A stretch of 63,895 bases of DNA, filler included, from Cladosporium halotolerans (GCF_011745625.1; 26 parts of 26 records of this genome joined end to end with filler, not necessarily neighbours in it), one strand, 5' to 3'; numbered from the whole stretch's first letter, positions 1 through 10,937 are shown. The notes: generated by a model from the sequence alone, not told the origin. Made by a program: numbers and translations.

Positions 1-97
1 ATACTTACACTGGGCTATAATAATTTAATGGTAGATATTAAAGACAATTACTTAATGCTTTAGCTAGCAAAGCAAAATATATTGTTATGTAAAGAAA

Positions 98-168
98 TGC
101 GGATTGGTGTAATAGTAACATAATTGGCTCATGTCCAATAGATAGAAGTGCAAATCTTTTGTCCGCAT
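98..168 (+). tRNA. trnM: tRNA-Met(CAT), mitochondrial
   Basis: Acceptor TGCGGAT/GTCCGCA; anticodon arm ATTGG-CTCATGT-CCAAT; T arm AGAAG-TGCAAAT-CTTTT. Confidence 0.85.
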
Positions 169-178
169 ATAATTTAGT

Positions 179-232
179 CTCGCAAAGTGCTCGCAAACAC
201 GCTTTACGAGTGATGCGCTCGCTTCGCGCTAT
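179..232. repeat. GC-rich dispersed mitochondrial repeat (related copies at ~641-665, ~779-810, ~1890-1915)
   Basis: Recurrent motifs CACGCTTT(A/G)CGAGTGATGCG and GCGCTCGCTTCG in AT-rich spacers. Confidence 0.6.
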
Positions 233-257
233 AAACATATAAATTTAATATATTAAA

Positions 258-330
258 AAGGCTATAGCTTAATTGGTAGAGCAAGCTGCTCATGATAGCT
301 CAGATGAGTGTTCAAGTCACTCTGGCCTTA
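258..330 (+). tRNA. trnM: tRNA-Met(CAT), mitochondrial
   Basis: Acceptor AAGGCTA/TGGCCTT; anticodon arm AGCTG-CTCATGA-TAGCT; GTTCAAGT T loop. Confidence 0.9.
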
Positions 331-392
331 TGGACTATATAATGTATTTTTCCCTCACACATTTTGTGTAGTGTGTACTATAAGTAATTAAA

Positions 393-475
393 ATCCGAGT
401 GCTGGAATTGGTAGACAGGGAAAATTTAAGCTTTTCTGATATAATATCGTAAACGTTCAAGTCGTTTTTCGGATA
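393..475 (+). tRNA. trnL: tRNA-Leu(TAA), mitochondrial
   Basis: Acceptor ATCCGAG/TTCGGAT; D arm GCTGGAATTGGTAGAC; anticodon arm GAAAA-TTTAAGC-TTTTC; long variable arm. Confidence 0.9.
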
Positions 476-537
476 AAATACCTTTTTTTTACTAACACAC
501 ATTTTTCTTATGCAAAAAAAGGTAGATTATTGTTTAA

Positions 538-609
538 GACCCACTAGTCAAGTGGTTAAGACATAGCGCTTTCACCGTTACATCTCGGGTTCGAACCCCG
601 AGTGGGTTA
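538..609 (+). tRNA. trnE: tRNA-Glu(TTC), mitochondrial
   Basis: Acceptor GACCCAC/GTGGGTT; anticodon arm TAGCG-CTTTCAC-CGTTA; GGTTCGAACC T arm. Confidence 0.9.
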
Positions 610-692
610 AAATAAAAATATTATATAGCTCTATATTTGTCTCGCTTTGCGCTCGCTTCGTGCTAAAAAGTGTTAGCGACATTATAAAAAAG

Positions 693-764
693 GGGGATAT
701 AGTTTAATTGGTAAAACTGCGATTTTGCATATCGTTATTTTAGGATCGAGTCCTAATATCTCCA
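693..764 (+). tRNA. trnA: tRNA-Ala(TGC), mitochondrial
   Basis: Acceptor GGGGATA/TATCTCC; anticodon arm GCGAT-TTTGCAT-ATCGT. Confidence 0.9.
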
Positions 765-1149
765 CATATTTATTATAACGCACACACGCTTTGCGAGTGA
801 TGCGTTTGTTTGTGTTAAATATAAGGCTCGACAAGCTCAACAAATATAAAGTTTAAACTAGTGAAATTAAAATTTGAGTTTGATTGTAAATAAAGTGCAA
901 CCCTTTATTAAACTTATGGAAATAATATACAATATATACGAAACAAGGTTTAGTCTTTTTGTCCTTTAAAAAGATCTTACTATCCAACTTCCATATTTTA
1001 CTGTCTTCAACGTTATCTATGGAGGGTTGGCGTAAGTTAGGTTTTTGTCTCTTAGTAATATTAGGTAGTTTACTAACTATTTTAATATAGATATAATTTA
1101 TTGATGTTTTTCTTTACTATTTCAACAGGGTAAGTAATAGGCATATGTA

Positions 1150-1780
1150 CTAAATACAGTACGAGTTATAATTTATTTGTATGTGATTTATGATAAGTAT
1201 AAAATTTTAAATGAAAATAAAGGAAAATCAGGATTATATAGGTGAACTAATGTAAATAATAAAAAAAAATATTATGTGGGAAGCTCAAGCGATTTAACTA
1301 GAAGACTTCAATGTTATCTTAGTACTAATTATATGCTTAGTTACAAAAGTAAATCTAAAAAATATTATTCTTTATTAAAATACAGGTATAGTACTTTTAC
1401 ATAGACATATTATAGTATTGTGAAAAATAGGAGCTTATTCTTATATAGCACTATTGTATTGATAAACTAAATCCTATCTATAATACACTAAAAATAGCTG
1501 GTACCTACTTAGGATTTACACATACAGATTAAACAAAAAGTATTATAAGTGTGAATAACACCAATAAACCCTTTATTGGTAAAAAAAAACATAGTGAGAT
1601 TTAAAGAGCAAGTATGATACTTAATAGAAAAGCTGTTTCAGCTGTGTATAATATAGATACTACAAACGTAAAAGTAAAAAGGTTTAGATATAATTCTGAA
1701 GCAGCTAGGTTTTTTTACATAAGTGAGTGATGAATACGTAGTTACAAGAAAAGTGAAAAGTTATATTTAAACAGACATAA
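1150..1780 (+). pseudogene. Degenerate GIY-YIG homing endonuclease
   Basis: From 1201 (code 4): KILNENKGKSGLYRWTNVNNKKKYYVGSSSDLTRRL, then DIL*YCE and NPIYNTLKIAG, with stops and frameshifts; boundaries approximate. Confidence 0.8.
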
Positions 1781-1784
1781 AAAA

Positions 1785-1857
1785 GCCTGAGAAGCTCAAT
1801 TGGCTGAGCGGAGCTCTGAAGATGCTTAGGTTATAAGTTCGAATCTTATCTCAGGCA
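1785..1857 (+). tRNA. trnF: tRNA-Phe(GAA), mitochondrial
   Basis: Acceptor GCCTGAG/CTCAGGC; anticodon loop CTGAAGA; GTTCGAATC T arm. Confidence 0.9.
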
Positions 1858-2022
1858 AAAGATAAAATTATTTTTTTTTCTATCTAATTTTTCTTTCGCA
1901 AAGCGCGAAGAGAGGACTAAAAAAGTAACAATATGGACTATTTTTATTGAGTTGATAGAAGTCTAAGTAATTAGTTTTCAATAATTATGCATAGTAAACA
2001 AAAACCATAAAAAACAAAAAAA

Positions 2023-2106
2023 ATAGGTATGCTGGAATTGGTAGACAGGTTCCGCTTAGGACGGAATGGTTTTATAACCGTGCGAGTTCAAATCTTGCTA
2101 CCTATA
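2023..2106 (+). tRNA. trnL: tRNA-Leu(TAG), mitochondrial
   Basis: Acceptor ATAGGTA/TACCTAT; anticodon arm TTCCG-CTTAGGA-CGGAA; long variable arm. Confidence 0.9.
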
Positions 2107-2107
2107 C

Positions 2108-2560
2108 ATGGAGAAAATAACATTATATTATTTAAATGAAAAAGTATTTATTACAAAAGGGGATTATAAATGTTCGCTACAAGGGTCTGGTGTATATATA
2201 TACAGGTTAAAATTACATGAAAATAAGGTGTATACATGTTCAGGTATAAATATTGCGCAACGATTTAGGCAACATAGGTACAGATGTTTAATATAAAAAG
2301 GTAATAATAGAAATTTTTATAATTTAGTTATTAAACATGGATGAAATAATATATAATTTGGTATAATTGAGTAGGTGAGTATTTCAAAAGATAATACCTA
2401 TATTGTAATGAATAAAAAGATATTGTTAAATAAAGACCAATATTATTTAGGTAACTTTTTACCCAGCCTTAACAAAGTAGGAGTATCTATGTTGGGTTAC
2501 AAGCATATCATGGAAAGTATACTTAATTTTTATTAAAACCGTAGGGGTAAGTATTATGGT
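2108..2560 (+). pseudogene. Second degenerate GIY-YIG endonuclease
   Basis: SGVYIYRLKLHENKVYTCSGINIAQRFRQH, followed by FYNLVIKHGWNN with in-frame stops; 3' limit approximate. Confidence 0.75.
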
Positions 2561-2625
2561 AAGCGTAATATTTCTACACCTAACCCCCCCCGTAAGTAAA
2601 TAAACTATCCCTAAATTGAAAGTAA

Positions 2626-2725
2626 NNNNNNNNNNNNNNNNNNNNNNNNNNNNNNNNNNNNNNNNNNNNTTAATTAATTAANNNNNNNNNNNNNNNNNNN
2701 NNNNNNNNNNNNNNNNNNNNNNNNN
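2626..2725. other. Artificial contig linker (first of 25)
   Basis: N44-TTAATTAATTAA-N44, with stops in all six frames, repeated between size-sorted contigs. Confidence 0.98.
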
Positions 2726-5344
2726 CAGAGAGTACACCGACAGTCCATTATGTTCATTATGTTCATTACGTCATGTCATGTTCATCATTCCGACATGATA
2801 TGAACATGGATGTCTGGGAATGAACATGTTCATTATGTCCAAATGCATTGAGTATGATCTGCGTCGCAAGTTGTCTCCCGTCTCATCAACGTGCACCGCT
2901 CCAGCTAGAACGCTTCTAGAAGCATGGGGTAGACAAGCGAGCCAATCGGAGCTTTCCCTACCTCCGCCTCCTGACCTTGTCACAACCGAGACACCTTCGG
3001 ACCCTGGTGCCAGACGCTCAGCCACTGCGATGGCAGCATCAAGCTTGTCTGACGATGAGGCCAGCGGCACCAGCTCACGCAAGAGAAAACTCGGTCGGAA
3101 CCTCAACCCGCTTCTTTGGGAGCACTCGCGCAAGCCCGTGCAGGGCATCGAGCCGACGAGGAATGCGGCTGGAAGGAGGATTTGGTACTGCTCGCGTGTA
3201 GGTTGCGAGGATTATTCTGTAGTCAGCGCTGCAGGCATCCGTTGGCACTTGGAACGGCATCATGGCCTCGTACTCGGTGAAGTCGAGCCAGGCGCCATCA
3301 AGAAGGCCAAGCAGCAAGACCTGACGACTATGTTTGGAGAACAGAAACTTGTCAAAGATCAGCAAGCAGAGTCCGAACTTCGTGATCTCTTGAGGAGCAT
3401 CGCAGACAAGGATCGCATTCAGCAGGCCGTCCTACGACTGATCGTTCGTCGAGACCTTCCTCTCCGGCTACCCTGCTGGCCAGAGATGAACACACTTCTA
3501 CATGCCGCGAACTACATGGCCACGTCGTCTCTGTGGGACTCTCCGACAACAACGGCCAATCATGTCAAACGAACGTTCGAGGCGAGGCGTATAGAGCTTG
3601 CGGAACATCTCCGCCGAAGCAGGAGTAAAATTCACCTGACCACCGATACCTGGCACTCGCCGAACCGCAAGCAATTGCAGGCTATCACTGCGCACTGGTT
3701 GCGTGACGATGGATCAGCTTGCAAAGCGTTACTTTCGCTCACAGAGATGCCGGACGGGCACGCTGGGCTCCTTGTCGCCGCAGAAGTGATCCGTGTGCTG
3801 GATCTTTATGGTATCAGGAAAATGCTCGGATACACAACGACTGATAATGCTACATGCAACGATACCATGTGCCGCGCCCTTTCGGATTCCCTTGGCTCAG
3901 ATTGGGATGCTACGGAAGGGAGACTGCGCTGCGCTGGTCATATCATCAACCTGCCGATGCAAGCATTTCTGTTTGCGAAAGACAAAGAGGCTGTCGAGGA
4001 AGCATTGCGACAGGCTGACCTGCGTGGAAGCGAGGTCGACGAAGAGATTGCAGTGTTGTCACGCCGTGGCACAGAGGGCGGCTGGATTACTGTGAGTCCA
4101 CATCAGAAAGTGCATGCTTTCGGAGTCTACCTACGCAAGTCGGATAGGCTGTTCCAAGACTTCAAGCGTCTTGCTGGACGATCCTTGCACCAGCCAAACG
4201 ACACAAGGTGGCACAGTTGGTTCGACGAGTTCGAAGGTGCTTATCGACTACGTGACTCTTACAGCCAGCTCATCCACAATAACCCGAACGATTTGGCCGA
4301 CTTCGAGCTCTCCACAAGAGAATGGGACCTCGTCAAGATCACGATCGACATCCTCGTACCGTTCAAGATCGCTTGTAAGAAGTTGGAGGGTGATGAAGTG
4401 ACGTTAGACGCCGTCCAGGAAACCATGGACTTTCTTGCCACGCACCTGGGCGAATGCAAGGACAAATACCGCAGCAATCCGGAGCTTCTCCAGAGTCTGA
4501 TGACATGCTGGTACGCCTTCGACAAGTACTACAAGCTCATCGATCAGTCCGCGGCCTACGTAACCGCGATCCTGTTGCACCCTAACAAGCGGAAAAATTA
4601 TCTCACCGCGGCATGGAAGCAGAGGTGGGTCCAGGAGGGCATACAACGTGCTAAAGCACTGTGGTACAGACGCCTCGACCATCATAATGCCGAAGTGATG
4701 GCCGTGAACGACGAGCTAAGGCCTGAAGCCCTGGATCTGGACCCTTTCGCTCGTTGGCAATTGTCGATCCAAAGAAAGCAACAGAGTAAAGGTGCAGGTC
4801 TTTTGGACGAATTCGAGCGCTTCATTGCAGCAGCGCCTGACACTTTGGACTTTACAGCAAAGTCGGTGGTCCAGTGGTGGATCCAGCCTTCGCAGCAGGA
4901 AGCTTATCCGCTGCTTTCACAGCACGCTCTCGACGTGCTCAGTGCACCCTCGATGAGCGCAGAGTCGGAACGTGTGTTTAGTGGCGCAAGACGTACTATC
5001 TCGTGGTCTCGGACGCAGCTAAGTTCGCCGATTATCGAGGCTTTAGAATGCCTCAAGCATTGGCAGGTCACCGGTGTGGTCGAGGACGACTTCGTGATCC
5101 GAATTCCTGAAACTGAAGAATCCCAGTTGGCAGAGAAGGACTCCAGTACTTAGATCTCAGTTTTAGTACCAGGGAAACACAGAATAGCATTGGAATCAGG
5201 CGTCCTCCGATCACACCAACATAATGCCAAGACTTTCTCCTTTCACTGCACATGACGCGACATGAATATGAACATAGATTTTTCCCACTGCACATGACAT
5301 GAACATGGCAAAATTATTGGACATGACTGTCGGTGTACTCTCTG
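2726..5344 (+). mobile_element. Complete hAT DNA transposon
   Basis: Perfect 20-bp TIRs CAGAGAGTACACCGACAGTC (2726-2745, 5325-5344); CATGTTCAT-type subterminal repeats; the contig is exactly the element. Confidence 0.95.
2820..5153 (+). CDS. hAT transposase (intact; true start may be downstream)
   Basis: BED-like finger WYCSRVGC...HLERHH; TTDTW, TTDNA, RCAGH, TRW; C-terminal SAESERVFS. Confidence 0.95.
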   Translation: MNMFIMSKCIEYDLRRKLSPVSSTCTAPARTLLEAWGRQASQSELSLPPPPDLVTTETPSDPGARRSATAMAASSLSDDEASGTSSRKRKLGRNLNPLLWEHSRKPVQGIEPTRNAAGRRIWYCSRVGCEDYSVVSAAGIRWHLERHHGLVLGEVEPGAIKKAKQQDLTTMFGEQKLVKDQQAESELRDLLRSIADKDRIQQAVLRLIVRRDLPLRLPCWPEMNTLLHAANYMATSSLWDSPTTTANHVKRTFEARRIELAEHLRRSRSKIHLTTDTWHSPNRKQLQAITAHWLRDDGSACKALLSLTEMPDGHAGLLVAAEVIRVLDLYGIRKMLGYTTTDNATCNDTMCRALSDSLGSDWDATEGRLRCAGHIINLPMQAFLFAKDKEAVEEALRQADLRGSEVDEEIAVLSRRGTEGGWITVSPHQKVHAFGVYLRKSDRLFQDFKRLAGRSLHQPNDTRWHSWFDEFEGAYRLRDSYSQLIHNNPNDLADFELSTREWDLVKITIDILVPFKIACKKLEGDEVTLDAVQETMDFLATHLGECKDKYRSNPELLQSLMTCWYAFDKYYKLIDQSAAYVTAILLHPNKRKNYLTAAWKQRWVQEGIQRAKALWYRRLDHHNAEVMAVNDELRPEALDLDPFARWQLSIQRKQQSKGAGLLDEFERFIAAAPDTLDFTAKSVVQWWIQPSQQEAYPLLSQHALDVLSAPSMSAESERVFSGARRTISWSRTQLSSPIIEALECLKHWQVTGVVEDDFVIRIPETEESQLAEKDSST

Positions 5345-5444
5345 NNNNNNNNNNNNNNNNNNNNNNNNNNNNNNNNNNNNNNNNNNNNTTAATTAATTAA
5401 NNNNNNNNNNNNNNNNNNNNNNNNNNNNNNNNNNNNNNNNNNNN

Positions 5445-7537
5445 AGGTAGCGATGGATGATCTTCGTGTTTCCAGTGGTACTGTAACCCTTATGATAAGT
5501 CGTCACTGTGCTGACCATACCGCCCTCGATGAAGACGTTTCGATGATGGCCGTTCACAGTGTTGATATGTCGTAGACTCAATATCTCGCTGCCACGCGCT
5601 GGTTGGCCTGCAGTCAGATGTATGAGCAGAAGTAGTCGCTCGAGAAATGCATCCACTAAGACGAGGTAGTCTTGACAGACTTTCTGGTTCCATGTGGGTT
5701 CTGTTACTATGCTTTCTGGGCGTATGAATTCTTCTTGAAGCCATGGACTCTCGAGTATCCTCTTGAGTAGCCACATCTCCCGGTCTGGCAGCGCACTTTG
5801 GAGGTTCTGAGGATGCCGTAGGAAGCTCCATCCCTTTTGGTTTTCGGTTGGGTCGTCGACGACACGATGGATCCAGAACCGAATGTCTAAGTCTTCGCGC
5901 GTCTCCTGAGGATGAAGCAGTAGAAGCTTCTCGAGCTGAGCCTGTGCCTTCTCTAGCTGATCGCGAACAAAGTCTCGCAGTGCACTCATGTCTAGGTGAC
6001 GTACACCTTTGTAAGAGACTGAGAGACCATCATCTGACCAGGAAATGTACCCTAGACATGTCGTTGAATCGCGCACTTTCTTCCCATACACCCGTAGCTG
6101 ACTAGCCCAGCTAAATGGCGACCGCACTCCGTTGATTAAGAATCGCATTCGCATTTCGTCAAGAAGGTCGGCAGGCTGTATGCTTTCCACGTCTCTTGCG
6201 CCTACTACAGCTTTCTGGATCACCAGCATCTGTGCTATCTTTATGAAGCCAGATAGAGTAGGTGTGAAGTGGTAAGCTTCCTTGAGGATCCCCTTTACAG
6301 GATCGATAGCAATTGCCGCTAGAAACCCAACAACGGCGCTCTCGAAGAGGTCGCCTTTCAAGTCGTGATCTAGCAAAGAGACACAAAGCTCGAGGCAGTC
6401 CGTGTCCAGAGCGTCGCACGATTGTTCCATAGCGGATGTAGTTTCTTCTCCGAATGTTTCATCGCATGAAGACAGTTGAGCTAACTCTTCGCCTTTAGCA
6501 ACTATCTTGTACAGATTGGCTGTTTGTCTGCTTGTAAGCTGATGTCGTAGTAAGACCTTCTGGTCTGGCTGTGCCGTTCGATAAACAAAACAAAGAAGTG
6601 CCTTCCAGATCCTTGTGTAATGGCGCCATGTCGACTTTTGTAGCTTTACCAACAGCGGGCGATCAGTAGCACTCGGTCGCTGTAGAAAGCTGTTGATCCG
6701 GACTTGATCAAAGACGTTGATGCTGTCGTTGCAGACAGATTGGTATGCATCTTCGACCACACGCTCGAGGCTGTTGCATATAGAAAGCAGCACTGGCTCA
6801 GTAGCTGCATCTGGCTGTCTCACTAACGCAGCGACATCGAGCAGACAATGGCCGTGTAGGTATGAAAGCCATCGGGTCAGTTGCAACCAAGGAGAAGTCT
6901 CCTTTTCACTTGTTTCCTCGCTTGCTATGTTGCCTCGCTTTTCCTGGTCTTGCTCAATAGTAGCAAGGTCCTGTAACACCGAGGCAGCTATCGAGTCCGG
7001 ATGCGCGACTTGCCGTCGAGGGTCACTATCCTCGGGTCGCCTCTCCGAAAGCACTGTGAAGTAGCTTGTGTGGCGTCCTGTGTGGAAAAAGCGCTGACAA
7101 CGAACAGGCTTCCATGCATCCGCCTGCTTCTGGAGAAAAACATGAAGTGACGCCGCTGCCCTGGACCCGCCCCTTCTCCCAGTCGCGGTCCACTTGTGTA
7201 CTGTTCGCCAATGCTTCTTCAGACTGTCCATCGAGCGGCAGACAAAGGTGCATTGCTCCGGGTCCAGTTCACATTGCTTCCCGTCCTGGAACAAGCGTAA
7301 GCCCTGTACGGGCTGATCGACAGCCTGTGGGATTTCGAAGTGTTCGTGCGAGTGAGAAACTCCCTGCCAGGCTTGCAGTTCCTCGCATATAAGTGCCCTC
7401 TCCGCTTTTGGCAGCCTGCTATGCTTTTCTCTGAGGTGGGTACGAGCGTTGTCTGGCCAAACACAATAGTGACAGATCTTGCATAGTACGACACGATACT
7501 TTGGTAAGCATGTGAAGTAGTCTGAAGCGCTAGACAT
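5445..7537 (-). CDS. DUF3505/OrsD + C2H2 zinc-finger protein, N-terminal part of a telomere-linked RecQ-helicase-like family; 3' truncated by contig end
   Basis: N-terminal YRVVLCKICHYCV..HLREKH; C2H2 with HWRTVH; VRCQRFF; SPWLQLTRW; GQPARGSEILSLRHIN. Confidence 0.75.
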
Positions 7538-10068
7538 CTCTCGGAAAGTCGTATCAGGACACTCGTCAGAACCGGTGGAAATGAATCGTGGAAGGCGAGA
7601 TATAACAAAGATCTAAGGTGAAGACGCAGGAAACGTACATCCCTTGTACTCACTGTCTGCATCTTCTCTACGCGTAGATGGCGCGTACTTCGCGCATTGC
7701 TCACGCGCTCCTAATATATCTGTTACAGCCTTTATATGAAAGACTATAACTCAAGCAGGGCTGGAAATACATAGCGAGCGGGAACAGCGGACAGCGCCGG
7801 GCGGGAGGCCAGGGGAGGAGAGAACTTCAAAACATAGAGGCACGGTACAGAACGACATTGACGAAGAGACAGATAGCGGACGTGTTTCAAGAGAGATAGG
7901 CACATAGTGCATACAAAAGACGAGGAGGAGGACTGATAGAAGCGTTTGGTACGTGTTTCGGGCGGAGAGGCGCAGAAAGTGGAGTCGAGTCGTTTGAAGA
8001 GTCGAGTTGTTTGGTTATACTACTTAGGNNNNNNNNNNNNNNNNNNNNNNNNNNNNNNNNNNNNNNNNNNNNTTAATTAATTAANNNNNNNNNNNNNNNN
8101 NNNNNNNNNNNNNNNNNNNNNNNNNNNNTTGAGAAGTGGCTGGATCGTGCGCTTTGCAATGCACGTGGAGATCAATCGTACGCCGTAGCTGCCATTGCCC
8201 TCGATCTTGGTGTCTCGTCGGCTCTCGATCGACATGCCTGTTGGCCTCCCGGAGGAATCGCTGGGAGAACAGAAGAGACTGTAGGTGGGTGTGAACGATC
8301 ATCGAATGGTCTCTACATTACATACTCGTTGTCTAAGACTGACGTTCCCATGCAGGTGGCTTTCAGTTGCAGAAAACACAAGTCATGCTCAAAGCTGTTG
8401 CAGCTCTCCGGAATTACTCCCTAGATGGGTATTACATTTCCCCCGAGTGTAGTGAAGGCCACCTAAGGCTTTGGAAGGCGGAATTTGAGCGTCGCGGGTT
8501 GTGGCCAATGGAATGGGCAGTTCAGAATTACACCTTGAGCGGCCTTCTGGAGGTCCTGGAGAATCTCAGCACACCTTCGTCGATACACGAGTGTGGCTGC
8601 AGAGGTTTAACCCCGAGCTTCCTCAGAATCTTCGTGATGCCGTTTGCAAGACGCTCGACCAATTTTAGGCCGCTTGAACACATGTTGCTGGACCCTTAAG
8701 CAGCAGCAACTGGATTCGGTGTCTCGGCGGGGCATACTTCGTCCGCATACTTCGTCCGCATAGTGTAGGAACATCTTTTACCGACAGGTCTTGGTCGCAA
8801 GTTTAGAGCATACCACGTAAATACCCGGGAAGTCGTCGTTCAGGCGCGGGATGCAGCGGTTGCAGATGGGAACGGTAGCGCGAGGATCTCGCGCCACCAT
8901 GGCGGCGAGCAGGTGAGTCGCAGGTTGAAAGGTGTTGGTGACGATAGGTGGTGATTTCGGCTGAGGCAGCGATGTAAATCATGTGTGTTGGGCGAAGGTC
9001 GAAGGTGACGAGCAAGAGCGCAGGTTGACAAAAGAGCTGCTTCCACTTAAATTACATGCTCCTCGCACTTCGAGCGCATGTGATACGCATGTTACGCTCA
9101 CGGCAACCGCCGCATGCACCTGATTGGGCAAGTGGTGCAGGCGCGGTGCTTGGCGGCCATGTGCGTGTAACCTGCGGAGCGCAGGCGTGTCGCATGGATA
9201 TCACAATATCAGCTGGTCTTGACATGGCCCGCGGTACAACTGGCTAACGCTGCGAAATCGGCATCCTCCCGCACGTCTACTGTAGCTCTCGTGATATCAG
9301 ATAACGTTTCTGTACGGGACTTCAAGCTCGTTTACTGCTGCTTTCCAGCTCTGTCCCCAGGGACAAAACTTTCCTAAATTTATGTCCCCAAGAACAGAAG
9401 TTTTGCGCTGTCCACCGATCTGCCAGCGAGCCAGCTATCTCTTGCAGCGCCGAAAGCCCCTCTGGATGTCCGCGCTCCGAGGTCGAGATGTCGCCATTGT
9501 CCCAGGACTCGGCCGCGGCGGACTTGTAAAGCAAGGTGCTGACTTGGGGGTCTTGTTGTCTGGCAAGAACGTCCTTCCTTCTCCCGGTAGCTCCCGCGGA
9601 TGATCTTTTCTGACCCAAGCACCTCCGACAGATCGACTCAATCAGAGCGATCAGACGGCAATCTAGGATGGTAACGTTTACGGGCGCTGCGGGTAACAAG
9701 CCGAGCGACCTCTTCCCCTCGTCGAAAGCGGCGCACAAGTCCCGCCGCACAGCTTCGTCAGACGATTTGTGCAGATGGAAGTGAAGGGCGGCTGGCGCGC
9801 CGCCAATGCAAGAAGAGGGTGAGTGCTGGACATCTAGATGCTGCCAGAGAGTGTAGGCATGATCGGTGAGCAGACCCGTCGGTCCATTGTCCATCAGGGA
9901 GAGCCTCGTGTCGGTGACTCGCCCAGACTTGACGAAGCAATGATCCACGGTGAGAAAGCTTCCTGAACACGGCCTTGGTAGAGAGACGGATTGCAGTGAA
10001 TCGAACTCGGAAGCTCAAGGGTGGCGAATCCATGCGAGCGGGCAAAGTGGAAGGAACCGTCAAATGCG

Positions 10069-10255
10069 AGGCTTCGGCATGCCCTGGGGCAACAGCATGC
10101 CCTGGAGCATGATGGCCTTGCAAAAGTGACGGTCATACTGTATGGTCAACATGTGGAAGGGACCGTTTAAGGTTCCTGTTTGCCCTGAGGCAACAGGGCA
10201 TGCCGAAGCCTCAGGGCATACCGAAGCCTCAGGGCATATCGAAGCCTCAGGGCAT
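10069..10255. repeat. 18-bp tandem repeat CAGGGCAT(G/A)CCGAAGCCT (about 3.5 copies at 10194-10255) with an inverted copy at ~10069-10086
   Basis: Read directly from sequence. Confidence 0.75.
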
Positions 10256-10299
10256 GCGGCCAGCCCTAAGAGCCTGTCAAGCCATTCACTCCTCCCTGT

Positions 10300-10678
10300 G
10301 GACGGGGAGATAGTCGACAGGGCTGTCGACAGGAGGGAACCCTCGACGGGGAAATACTGTCGACAGGAAGATGCCATCGACGGGGAGATACTGTCGACAG
10401 GAAGATGCCATCGACGGGGAGATGCCGTCGACGGGGAAATACTGTCGACAGGAAGATGCCATCCACGGGGAGATACTGTCGACAGGAAGATGCCGTCGAC
10501 GGGGAGATACTGTCGACAGGAAGATGCCGTCGACGGGGAGATACTGTCGACAGGAAGATGCCGTCGACGGGGAGATACTGTCGACAGGAAGGAATCGTCG
10601 ATGGGGAGGAACCGTCGACAGGAGGGAACCGTCGACGGGGAAATACTGTCGACAGGGAGGATGCCGTCGACGGGGTAA
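10300..10678. repeat. 17-bp minisatellite with a 34-bp higher-order unit built on GTCGAC palindromes
   Basis: Alternating CTGTCGACAGGAAGATG and CCGTCGACGGGGAGATA units running to the contig end. Confidence 0.95.
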
Positions 10679-10937
10679 NNNNNNNNNNNNNNNNNNNNNN
10701 NNNNNNNNNNNNNNNNNNNNNNTTAATTAATTAANNNNNNNNNNNNNNNNNNNNNNNNNNNNNNNNNNNNNNNNNNNNAAAGTCGATGTAAGCGGAAGTT
10801 CTGTAACCTTTTACGGTTAGCGCCGCCTTAGGGTTAGTAGGAGATCAGTGTTCTCCTCCGTTGCCTTTTGGCGAGGGACAAGACGGCCAGGCTCTAGCGT
10901 ACACCCTTGGGGCCCTCCTGCGTTTGAAGTCCGCCAG

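Larger units (their letters stand above)
1..2625 (+). other. Mitochondrial-type DNA fragment (tRNA cluster); true mtDNA or NUMT
   Basis: Very AT-rich; same-strand tRNA cluster M-M-L-E-A-F-L resembling the ascomycete post-rnl cluster; ORF remnants read best with TGA=Trp. Confidence 0.9.

Noticed and set aside
1..60. Partial tRNA at the window start
   Set aside because: No complete cloverleaf could be built.
10142..10734. Repetitive ORFs in three frames, or a CRISPR array
   Set aside because: By-products of a stop-free minisatellite; no unique spacers and no cas genes.
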